Part shown: one piece after another, positions 56,375 to 64,000 of the stretch
Layout: the number at the start of each line of letters is the position of its first letter
How positions within the stretch are numbered: the stretch's first letter is position 1
The notes under the pieces: model-generated
Told to the model about the DNA's origin: nothing
Database searches by the model: none
Seen by the model: the letters and a program-made list of their open reading frames with translations, nothing else
Source of the DNA: Actinomycetota bacterium
Lineage (GTDB): Bacteria; Actinomycetota; Actinomycetes; S36-B12; UBA5976
Assembly (NCBI GenBank): GCA_041192345.1
Contig: JBEEND010000001.1
Coordinates: 10,915-74,914 of the forward strand
Length of the DNA: 64,000 nucleotides
Direction of reading: 5' to 3'
Position numbers and translations under genes: made by a program

Positions 56375-59149
56375 TTGTCGACACCACATCGTCTGGTTAT
56401 CGTGGAATCGCCAGCTAAGGCTAAAACGATCCAGAAATACCTTGGTCCAGGTTACGAAGTGACTGCTTCTGTGGGTCACGTTCGCGACTTGCCCGAACGC
56501 GCCATTGATGTGCCGGCAGAAATCAAGAAGCAGCCTTGGGGCCGAATGGCCATTGACGTTGAGGATGACTTCACTCCTTATTACGTAGTTAGCTCAAAGA
56601 AGAAAGACAAAGTTGCTGACTTAAAGCGCATGCTGGCAGATGCTGATGAATTATTGCTAGCAACTGACGAGGACCGCGAAGGTGAAGCCATCGCTTGGCA
56701 CTTGATGGAAATCTTGCGTCCAAAGGTTCCAGTGCGTCGAATGGTTTTCCACGAAATTACGCCAGAGGCAATCCGCCATGCTGCCGAATCCACTCGTGAC
56801 ATCGACATGCAGTTGGTCAATGCGCAGGAAACTCGGCGATTGATCGACAGACTTTATGGCTTTGAAGTGTCGCCAGTACTTTGGCGCAAAGTTCAAGCTG
56901 GACTTTCTGCTGGTCGCGTGCAGTCAGTAGCAACACGATTGATCGTAGAACGTGAACGTGAACGTATCGCTTACAAGCGAGCTTCCTACTGGGACATTGA
57001 AGGTAACTTTGATCCACAATCATTTAGCGCAAATTTAGTTGCGGTTGATGGCAAGAAGATTGCCCAAGGCAAAGACTTCGATACGTTAGCTCAACTTAAA
57101 GATGCAAGCATTACTCATTTAGATGAATCTGCGGCAAAAAGTTTATGTTCGTCGCTAACGGATGCAAAATTCGAAGTTCGTTCAGTAGATGATCGTCCTT
57201 ACTCAAGTAAACCCAAAGCGCCATTTATGACTTCCACAATGCAACAAGCAGCCTCAGGTCGATTGAAGTGGGGCGCGCAGCGCACCATGCGTGTGGCACA
57301 AGCGTTATACGAACGCGGTTACATAACTTACATGCGCACCGATTCAACAACTCTTTCTGATACCGCACTTAACGCTGCGCGTACTCAAGCGGCGCAACTT
57401 TATGGAACTGATCACGTATCAGAAGCGCCTCGTCGCTATGACCGCAAAGTCAAGAACGCTCAAGAAGCGCACGAAGCAATTCGTCCAGCTGGAGATGTGT
57501 TTCGCACACCAGCTGAAGTTGCTGGCGAATTAGTTGGCGATGAATTCGCGCTGTATGACTTAATTTGGAAGCGCACAGTTGCTAGTCAGATGGCTGATGC
57601 TAAAGGTACAACAGCAACTATTCGCATTGGCGCAACAAGTAGCGATGGCCGGGACGCAGAGTTCTCAGCAAGTGGAACGGTAATTACGTTCCGCGGTCAC
57701 ATGGCTGCCTACGATGATGCAGAGGAAGATCAAGACGAAAAGAACGATGCTCGTCGCTTACCTGCGGTCAAGGTCGGCGACTCAGTAACAGCTATCTCAC
57801 TTGAGCCAAGTGGTCACACCACGAATCCACCAGCGCGCTATACCGAAGCAACTTTGGTTCAAAAACTCGAAGAACTTGGTATTGGGCGACCATCAACTTA
57901 TGCAGCAATTGTTAGTCGCATTATCGACCAAGGTTATGTTTGGAAGCGTGGTAGCGCATTAGTGCCACATTTCTTGGCATTCACAGTTACGAGATTGATG
58001 GAAGAAAACTTCACTCAACTTGTGGATTATGACTTCACAGCCTCACTCGAAGAAGTTTTGGATGAAGTAGCAAGCGGCAATCAAGAGCGCCTTGAAGTTC
58101 TGAAGCGTTTCTATTTTGGTGAAAAAACCGAAGGCTCAATTTTTCCTGGGTTGGCTCCACTGGTTGCGGTTTATGGCGACATTGATGCCCGCGCAATGGC
58201 ATCACTACCAATTGAAGGTCACGAAGGCATAGTACGTGTCGGCAAGTATGGTCCTTATCTAGAACGCGGCGAGGGCGATACCCTGCAACGCGCAAACATC
58301 CCACAAGATTTAGCACCAGATGAAATGACTGCAGAAAAAGCCGAAGAGCTTTTCAATGCACCATCCGGTGAGCGCGAACTTGGGGTTGACCCAGAAACTG
58401 AACGAACTCTGATGGCAAAAACTGGCAGGTTCGGCCCTTACTTCACCGAAGTTTTGCCGGAGGGTTCACCAAAGAAAGAAAAGCCGCGCACTGCGTCGTT
58501 GTTCTCAACCATGGACGTGGAGCAAGTGACGTTAGAAGATGCACTTCGCATGTTTACTTTGCCGCGCGAGATCGGACTTGATCCAACCGAAGGCGAACCA
58601 ATTACTTCTCAGAATGGTCGTTACGGTCCGTATTTACTTAAAGGCAAAGAATCTCGCACTCTGCCAGATGAGGAATCAATCTTTGGCTGCACTTTAGAGG
58701 AAGCATTGGCTTTATTTGCCCAACCAAAACTTCGTCGCGGCCGTGGTCAAGCTGCCCCGCCTCTTAAGATTGTTGGCGTTGACCCATCAACTCAAAAAGA
58801 AGTTGTTGTCCGCGAAGGCCGATTCGGTATTTACATTACTGATGGCGAAACAAATGCATCCCTTCGTGGCGGCGACTCAGTAGAAACTATTTCTATTGAG
58901 CGAGCATCTGACTTACTCGCCGAGCGTCGCGCTGCTGGACCATCTGTTAAGAAACCAGCAGCTCGCAAAGTAGCAGCCAAGAAACCACCGACTAAGAAGA
59001 AAGCCGCTAGTAAGAAAAAATCTGCAGCAAAGAAGGCTGTCGGAAGCACCAAAGTAATTAGTGGCGCAGCAGCAAAAAAAGCAGCGGCAAAAACTAAGAC
59101 TGGTGTGGGAAATGTGGCGGCAGAATCTGACGTCACTCCAGTTGGCTAG
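56375..59149 (+). CDS. topA: DNA topoisomerase I (actinobacterial type with a Lys/Ala-rich C-terminal tail)
   Basis: TOPRIM RLVIVESPAKAKTIQKYLG, DEDREGE, active-site region YITYMRTDS. Tail KKPAARKVAAKKPPTKKKAASKKKSAAKKA. I propose the TTG at 56375 (GGGGA RBS) as the start; the ORF-track start at 56330 is an upstream extension. Confidence 0.95.
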   Translation: MSTPHRLVIVESPAKAKTIQKYLGPGYEVTASVGHVRDLPERAIDVPAEIKKQPWGRMAIDVEDDFTPYYVVSSKKKDKVADLKRMLADADELLLATDEDREGEAIAWHLMEILRPKVPVRRMVFHEITPEAIRHAAESTRDIDMQLVNAQETRRLIDRLYGFEVSPVLWRKVQAGLSAGRVQSVATRLIVERERERIAYKRASYWDIEGNFDPQSFSANLVAVDGKKIAQGKDFDTLAQLKDASITHLDESAAKSLCSSLTDAKFEVRSVDDRPYSSKPKAPFMTSTMQQAASGRLKWGAQRTMRVAQALYERGYITYMRTDSTTLSDTALNAARTQAAQLYGTDHVSEAPRRYDRKVKNAQEAHEAIRPAGDVFRTPAEVAGELVGDEFALYDLIWKRTVASQMADAKGTTATIRIGATSSDGRDAEFSASGTVITFRGHMAAYDDAEEDQDEKNDARRLPAVKVGDSVTAISLEPSGHTTNPPARYTEATLVQKLEELGIGRPSTYAAIVSRIIDQGYVWKRGSALVPHFLAFTVTRLMEENFTQLVDYDFTASLEEVLDEVASGNQERLEVLKRFYFGEKTEGSIFPGLAPLVAVYGDIDARAMASLPIEGHEGIVRVGKYGPYLERGEGDTLQRANIPQDLAPDEMTAEKAEELFNAPSGERELGVDPETERTLMAKTGRFGPYFTEVLPEGSPKKEKPRTASLFSTMDVEQVTLEDALRMFTLPREIGLDPTEGEPITSQNGRYGPYLLKGKESRTLPDEESIFGCTLEEALALFAQPKLRRGRGQAAPPLKIVGVDPSTQKEVVVREGRFGIYITDGETNASLRGGDSVETISIERASDLLAERRAAGPSVKKPAARKVAAKKPPTKKKAASKKKSAAKKAVGSTKVISGAAAKKAAAKTKTGVGNVAAESDVTPVG

Positions 59150-59158
59150 GGTTTACTT

Positions 59159-59779
59159 GTGAGTAACGGATTCTTTATTGCCATCGAGGGCGGCGAAGGT
59201 GCAGGTAAATCTACGCATTCAAAGCGACTGGCGCAATACCTCGAATCCATAGGTCATGAAGTTGTTTTGACGCGAGAGCCTGGTGGCACTCCAACGGCTG
59301 AGAAAATTCGAAACATTTTGTTGGACCCAGAAATTACTGACATGCCAGACCACACTGAGGCTCTGTTGTTCGCAGCTTCTCGCGCCGATCATGCCGCTAA
59401 CTTAATTCGACCAGCACTAGAGCGGGGCGCAACAGTTATCTGTGATCGTTATTTCGATTCCTCGGTTGCCTATCAAGGTTATTCGCGCGGTCTTGGTGCG
59501 GAAAAGATTCGCGATTTAAGTCTCTGGGCAACGGATAACTTGATTCCTGATTTCACAATCTATTTAGATGTGCCTGCTGAAGCTGCGCAACAACGCATGG
59601 ATGGTACTGATCGAATGGAAATCCAATCTCGCGATTTTCATGAGGCAGTCCATCAAGCATTTCGAGAGATCGCTGCCGCCTCGAAGTTTCCAAACGTTTT
59701 AATTGATGCCACCGCGCCCAAAGATGATGTTGCGGCGGCTGTTCAGGCAGCGGTTGCTGGAGCATTAGCTTCTCGATGA
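59159..59779 (+). CDS. tmk: thymidylate kinase
   Basis: 206 aa. P-loop IEGGEGAGKST, DRY motif. GTG start. Confidence 0.9.
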   Translation: MSNGFFIAIEGGEGAGKSTHSKRLAQYLESIGHEVVLTREPGGTPTAEKIRNILLDPEITDMPDHTEALLFAASRADHAANLIRPALERGATVICDRYFDSSVAYQGYSRGLGAEKIRDLSLWATDNLIPDFTIYLDVPAEAAQQRMDGTDRMEIQSRDFHEAVHQAFREIAAASKFPNVLIDATAPKDDVAAAVQAAVAGALASR

Positions 59780-60969
59780 AAGTTTTTGATTCCTTAATTG
59801 GCCAAGAACAAGCGGTGCAAGAAATGCAACGGGCCACAATTGATGCTGCCAAACTTTCAATTGGTGAACGTGGCGATGCCATGACCCACGCCTGGTTAAT
59901 CACCGGCCCACCAGGAAGTGGCCGAAGTACCTTGGCTTTGGCCTTTGCTGCGTCATTAGTTTGTCCAAATGGCGGTTGCGGCGACTGCGTTGATTGCCGC
60001 AATGTCGCAGCTGGCATGCATCCTGATGTGGAACACATAGTTCCAGAAGGCATAGTTTACAAAGTAAGTGAAACGCGAAGTTTGATAGAGCGCGCAGCAC
60101 TATTGCCTACACGCTCAGCCTGGCAGGTCATCGTTGTGGAAGACGTAGACCGGTTTCGTGTTGATGCTGCTTCGACATTATTAAAAACTCTTGAGGAACC
60201 ACCCCCACAAACCGTTTGGTTGCTATGTGCGCCAACTGTTGATGATGTTTATCCAACAATTCTTAGCCGTTGCCGCCACGTTTTGCTCAGTACGCCAACG
60301 CTGTCTGCCATTGCAGAACAATTAACTTCGCGATTTGGCATTGATCCGGCAATGGCGGCATTTGCAGCGCGCGCAGCTCAGGGGCATATCGGGCGCGCTC
60401 GAGCCATTGCCACTGACGAAAGCGTTCGGTTGCGACGAAAGCAAACTCTTGAAATACCAACGAATCTTCGAGCAGTAAGTTCGTGCTTTGAATTGGCTAA
60501 CCAGATTGTGGTTAGCGCAAATGCTGATGCGGATGCAATTGTGAGTCCACTGGATGAACAAGATGATCAAGACATTAGGACTGCTTATGGCGAGGGCGCC
60601 GAAGGTAAGGGATTGAAGACGGTAGAGCGGCAAATGAAAAGTTCGCTTAAGACTTTGGAAGATCGCATTAAAGCGCGCCGCCGCCGAGTTGTAAGTGATC
60701 AATATGATCGCGTTCTCTTGGATTTAACTGGGTATTACCGAGATGTCTTAGTCATTCAATCGGGCGCCAATGTGGAATTGATCAATGAAGAAATCCGAGA
60801 AGCAATCCAGCGGGTGGCTAGTGTGTCCGATGAATCTGCCACATTGCAACAGATTGCGGCGATCACTGAAACTCGGGATCAAATTGTGGCAAACGTTAAC
60901 CCATTAAACGCTTTTGAGTCACTGCTGGTAACACTTCGGGATCCAAAGCTAAATGCAATTGTTGGTTAG
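59776..60969 (+). CDS. holB: DNA polymerase III subunit delta'
   Basis: 397 aa. HAWLITGPPGSGRS, a Zn-module-like CPNGGCGDCVDC, LLKTLEEPP, SRC. 4-nt overlap with tmk. Confidence 0.85.
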   Translation: MKVFDSLIGQEQAVQEMQRATIDAAKLSIGERGDAMTHAWLITGPPGSGRSTLALAFAASLVCPNGGCGDCVDCRNVAAGMHPDVEHIVPEGIVYKVSETRSLIERAALLPTRSAWQVIVVEDVDRFRVDAASTLLKTLEEPPPQTVWLLCAPTVDDVYPTILSRCRHVLLSTPTLSAIAEQLTSRFGIDPAMAAFAARAAQGHIGRARAIATDESVRLRRKQTLEIPTNLRAVSSCFELANQIVVSANADADAIVSPLDEQDDQDIRTAYGEGAEGKGLKTVERQMKSSLKTLEDRIKARRRRVVSDQYDRVLLDLTGYYRDVLVIQSGANVELINEEIREAIQRVASVSDESATLQQIAAITETRDQIVANVNPLNAFESLLVTLRDPKLNAIVG

Positions 60970-61025
60970 TTTTCCAAACCATCAACACTGGATTAGGGTC
61001 AAGACAGACACATTTAGGGGACTAG

Positions 61026-62561
61026 TTGCGTAAATTTCTTGCCACAATCACAGTAGTTTCACTTAGCATCATTGCTGTAGTGGGTTATCGGCTTACAACT
61101 GAACCGCCAACTAACTCGAGCCCGCAAAAGCCAGTTGCAAGTCCAGCTGCAACGGTTGATGCCGGACTTGAGTCTTATTACGCGCAGACTTTCGAGTGGT
61201 CAGATTGCAGTGGCGGATTTGAATGCTCTACTTTTGCTGCTCCCATTGATTACGCAAACCCTGAAAACGGCAACCTTAGTATTTCAGTCATCAGAAAAGT
61301 CACAACTGGAAAATCACTTGGATCACTAATTCTCAATCCAGGCGGTCCAGGCGGTTCTGGAATTGAGTACACAACTTATGCTGAATATGTTGTAAGCACA
61401 ACACTTCGGGAGAATTTTGACATTGTTGGATTTGATCCACGGGGTGTTGGCGCAAGCACTCCTATTGAATGCTTAGACGACGAACAAACTGATGTTTACG
61501 TGGCATTGGATGGTTCGCCAGATAATCAGACAGAGATTGATGATGCGATAAAGATGTCACAAGATTTTGCGCAAGCGTGCGCCACGAAATCTCCAGATCT
61601 TTATAAATTTGTTGACACTGTCAGTGCGGCGAAAGACATCGACATCCTTCGGGCGTTGTTGGGTGATGAGAAACTCAATTGGCTTGGTAAGAGTTATGGA
61701 ACTTTCCTTGGCGCTACTTACGCAGATTTGTTCCCAGACAAAGTTGGACGGATGGTGCTTGATGGCGCGATCGATCCTGGGTTAACAAACGAGTTGCTTT
61801 CTTACGGTCAAGCAATGGGATTTGAACTCGCCCTTGCAAGATTTGTTGATGACTGTGCAACGAGATCAGACTGTCCACTTGATGCAAGTGGCGCGGCTGG
61901 AATTTCAGAAGTAAACGATTTGCTAGCTGAGCTTGATGCCAATCCAATTATTTTGGACGACGGTAGGGAATTCACCCAAGCCATGGGAACTCTCGGCGTT
62001 GTTGGGTCTCTCTATGACAAGAGATATGGTTGGCCCGACTTGCGAACGAATTTAACCGCAGCATTTGAAGGCGATTTCACTGGGCTTGCAACCAGTGTTG
62101 ATTACTACACAGGCCGTAATGAAAATGGAACTTATAGCGACAACTCCAACGATGCGATTGCCGCAATCAATTGTCTGGATCGCGCAGACCGAGCAAGTGT
62201 GGAACAAACAATCAAGTTAGCAAAGAAGTGGAAAGTCGATGCTCCAAGTTTTGGTGAGTATTTAGCCTGGAGCAACGTGGGTTGTAGTTTTTGGAAAACC
62301 CCTGCAACTGGTGTGGCAAAAACTATCAGCGCACCAGGCACCCCAACTATTTTGGTAGTTGGCACAGTCAATGATCCGGCAACGCCATATGAGTGGTCGA
62401 TGGCCTTAGCTGACCAGCTTTCCTCTGGAGTATTGCTGACACTCGATGGCGATGGCCACACTGCTTACTTCCAAGGATCAGCGTGCATAGATGAAGTTGT
62501 AGATAATTTCTATTTAACAGGAGAAGCAGAATCCGGAATCATTTGCACTGATGGTCCATAA
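61026..62561 (+). CDS. secreted alpha/beta hydrolase (tripeptidyl aminopeptidase / TAP-like)
   Basis: 511 aa. N-terminal TM/signal segment, LNPGGPGGSG oxyanion region, nucleophile elbow GKSYGT, C-terminal TAP-like segment with GDGH. TTG start. Confidence 0.8.
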   Translation: MRKFLATITVVSLSIIAVVGYRLTTEPPTNSSPQKPVASPAATVDAGLESYYAQTFEWSDCSGGFECSTFAAPIDYANPENGNLSISVIRKVTTGKSLGSLILNPGGPGGSGIEYTTYAEYVVSTTLRENFDIVGFDPRGVGASTPIECLDDEQTDVYVALDGSPDNQTEIDDAIKMSQDFAQACATKSPDLYKFVDTVSAAKDIDILRALLGDEKLNWLGKSYGTFLGATYADLFPDKVGRMVLDGAIDPGLTNELLSYGQAMGFELALARFVDDCATRSDCPLDASGAAGISEVNDLLAELDANPIILDDGREFTQAMGTLGVVGSLYDKRYGWPDLRTNLTAAFEGDFTGLATSVDYYTGRNENGTYSDNSNDAIAAINCLDRADRASVEQTIKLAKKWKVDAPSFGEYLAWSNVGCSFWKTPATGVAKTISAPGTPTILVVGTVNDPATPYEWSMALADQLSSGVLLTLDGDGHTAYFQGSACIDEVVDNFYLTGEAESGIICTDGP

Positions 62562-62643
62562 CTTTGCCGCAATAACACAGCAAAGCTAGAGGCAATCGGT
62601 GTATTAGAATTACAAGTAGGCAAGCAGAATCGGAAACTGATTA

Positions 62644-63246
62644 ATGGAAATTGAATTAGAAATCAATCGTCGAAGTTATCGACAGACTGCCTGGATCCTT
62701 GTCGTCGGCGGCATTATCGGCATATTTGCCTCCATTGAATTAATAATTCAAAAGATTGCAGTCCTTAGCGATCCCGATTTTGTTCCCAACTGTGACATAA
62801 ACCCAATCCTGTCTTGCGGTTCAGTGATTAGTACGGAACAAGCTTCATTATTCGGATTTCCAAATCCGGTCCTAGGTGTTATTGGATTCACCGTTGTGAT
62901 TATGTTTGGCGCATTGTTGTTTATCGGTGTTGAGCTACCAAGATTGATGTGGCTGGGATTAAATTTTGGCGCATTAGCCGGAATGGTTTTTGTTATCTGG
63001 TTAGTGAGCCAAAGTCTCTATGTAATCGGCGCGCTTTGCCCTTGGTGCATGGTGGTTTGGGCCGTAACAATCCCAATTTTCTGGCAAGTAACTACTGATA
63101 ATTTGTCCAGCAATAAGTTGAGCCTGGGTAAGAGCCTGTCCGAAATCATCGTCACTTTAAAGTGGATTTTAGTTGCGGGTTCATACTTGATAATTGCTGG
63201 TCTGATATTTATTCGCTGGTCTGATTTCTGGCTTAATTCTCTGTAG
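62644..63246 (+). CDS. vitamin K epoxide reductase (VKOR) family protein
   Basis: 200 aa, 4-5 TM helices. Loop Cys pair CDINPILSC and active-site CPWC. Confidence 0.8.
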   Translation: MEIELEINRRSYRQTAWILVVGGIIGIFASIELIIQKIAVLSDPDFVPNCDINPILSCGSVISTEQASLFGFPNPVLGVIGFTVVIMFGALLFIGVELPRLMWLGLNFGALAGMVFVIWLVSQSLYVIGALCPWCMVVWAVTIPIFWQVTTDNLSSNKLSLGKSLSEIIVTLKWILVAGSYLIIAGLIFIRWSDFWLNSL

Positions 63247-63289
63247 CAAAAATCTCTAATACAATTCAAGTCCGCATCAAATGATGCAC

Positions 63290-63361
63290 GCCACCTTAGC
63301 TCAGGGGTAGAGCAACGCACTCGTAATGCGTAGGCCCAGGGTTCAAATCCCTGAGGTGGCT
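63290..63361 (+). tRNA. tRNA-Thr (anticodon CGT), CCA not encoded
   Basis: Hand-folded 72 nt: GCCACCT-TA-GCTC..GAGC-A-ACGCA-CTCGTAA-TGCGT-AGGCC-CAGGG-TTCAAAT-CCCTG-AGGTGGC-T. Confidence 0.9.
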
Positions 63362-63626
63362 CTCTAAAAACGTTGCTATTGCTAGAGAGTATTACGTTTC
63401 GTGCGACGCAATGAATCGATTCAAACTCCCTGTGTACAGAATGCGTACATTCTATTCGGAAGTAATGTACCCCTCGCCCAAGAAACGTGTTACCTTTAGG
63501 CAACGTTTCTTAGATTCTTAACCTATGTCAACGTGGTAGAAGTTACCTCCTCGCTGATCTGTCTAGATTCATCATTGAGTCAAAATTTGGCTCGGTGGCT
63601 AACGATCTTTTTAGGAGGAACTCAGA

Positions 63627-64000
63627 ATGAAAGCAAAAAAATTAAGCATCATTTCAATAATTATGGGTCTTTATCTTGCTTCGATACCAGCTGCAGTTCA
63701 AGCAGCAGCGCCTCTTGTATTGACCATCAGTAATTGCGATATTTTAACTGTCAATGCAACGTTAAAATCTGACGTCATTTGCCCTAATACTGTTGACATT
63801 GATAGTGCCAATATCACTCTTAATCTCAATGGCTACACCCTAAGCACATCGAATGGTGATGTCATAAATGTCATTAAATCAGGGTTTACACTCACCGGTG
63901 GAACAATAAGTGTTAATAATGACAATACCCATGGTGTTTTTGCCAACGAGGGTTTTTCTACGCTTAATATTTCAAAGGTAAATTTTGTTGACGTGTGCGT
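63627..64000 (+). CDS. secreted protein, probable right-handed beta-helix repeat protein; 5' part only, runs off the right edge
   Basis: Own translation from the ATG at 63627 (RBS AGGAGG 7 nt upstream): MKAKKLSIISIIMGLYLASIPAAVQAAAPLVLTISNCDILTVNATLKSDVICPNTVDIDSANITLNLNGYTLSTSNGDVINVIKSGFTLTGGTISVNNDNTHGVFANEGFSTLNISKVNF... It has a signal peptide (AVQA|AA) and repeating N/T/G-rich units of about 22 aa. The frame is open to the window end, so it is absent from the ORF track. Confidence 0.55.
   Translation, partial: MKAKKLSIISIIMGLYLASIPAAVQAAAPLVLTISNCDILTVNATLKSDVICPNTVDIDSANITLNLNGYTLSTSNGDVINVIKSGFTLTGGTISVNNDNTHGVFANEGFSTLNISKVNFVDVC

Noticed and set aside
63018-63733. ORFs 63018-63503 (minus, 161 aa) and 63533-63733 (plus, 66 aa).
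   Set aside because: The first runs antisense through the VKOR gene and tRNA-Thr. The second is out of frame with the much better supported signal-peptide ORF that starts at 63627 behind an AGGAGG RBS.

Overview
This window is a compact stretch of an actinobacterial chromosome with very little intergenic space. GC looks low for the phylum, roughly mid-40s percent by eye (not computed). Gene content and local synteny match conserved Mycobacterium/Streptomyces core blocks. A genome-streamlined actinobacterium (freshwater acI/Nanopelagicales-like, or a small Microbacteriaceae member) is a reasonable guess, but that is inference only.

Gene order, left to right:
- cwlM (partial)-trxA-trxB
- a stand-alone pseudokinase, murJ and a DUF6049-like gene
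- cca, an MFS transporter, ino1-padR
- an Rv0049-like gene and a class A PBP
- an alanine-racemase-like gene and a FemX-like gene, then nfo
- rpsF-ssb-rpsR-rplI
- cyclophilin, rhomboid, crgA and a DUF881 gene
- the division/elongation signalling cluster trpG-pknB-pbpA-rodA-pstP-fhaB-fhaA
- glutathione peroxidase
- a large nucleoside salvage and uptake cluster: phospho-sugar mutase, deoC, add, cupin, deoA, cdd, a BMP-type ABC importer and upp
- a geranylgeranyl-reductase-family flavoprotein
- a small accessory islet: a Zn-ribbon gene, a DUF2510-YbjQ fusion, a DUF805 gene, tRNA-Ser(GCT), a DDAH-like enzyme, tRNA-Ser(TGA), a membrane protein and a SET-domain methyltransferase
- serS, a TrpB2-type enzyme, a HAD hydrolase, pheA, an LCP protein, the H+-pyrophosphatase
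- topA-tmk-holB, a secreted alpha/beta hydrolase, VKOR, tRNA-Thr(CGT)
- the start of an AT-rich segment encoding a secreted beta-helix-like protein

I found no transposase, integrase, CRISPR array, rRNA or recognisable defence system.

The most unusual signal is a family of four short elements stacked downstream of the two tRNA-Ser genes. Each copies the 3' T-stem and acceptor strand of its own neighbouring tRNA. Each replaces the T-loop with a hairpin whose stem sequence differs between copies while pairing is kept. All four share a 5' GGATTTG-GGAGG-AG motif.

Other items worth a look:
- a split MurJ/pseudokinase
- a 31-bp tandem duplication of the ino1 3' end
- a perfect palindrome upstream of padR
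- an SD-sequestering rpsF leader
- an alr-like/FemX pair
- a TATA-centred palindrome in front of topA
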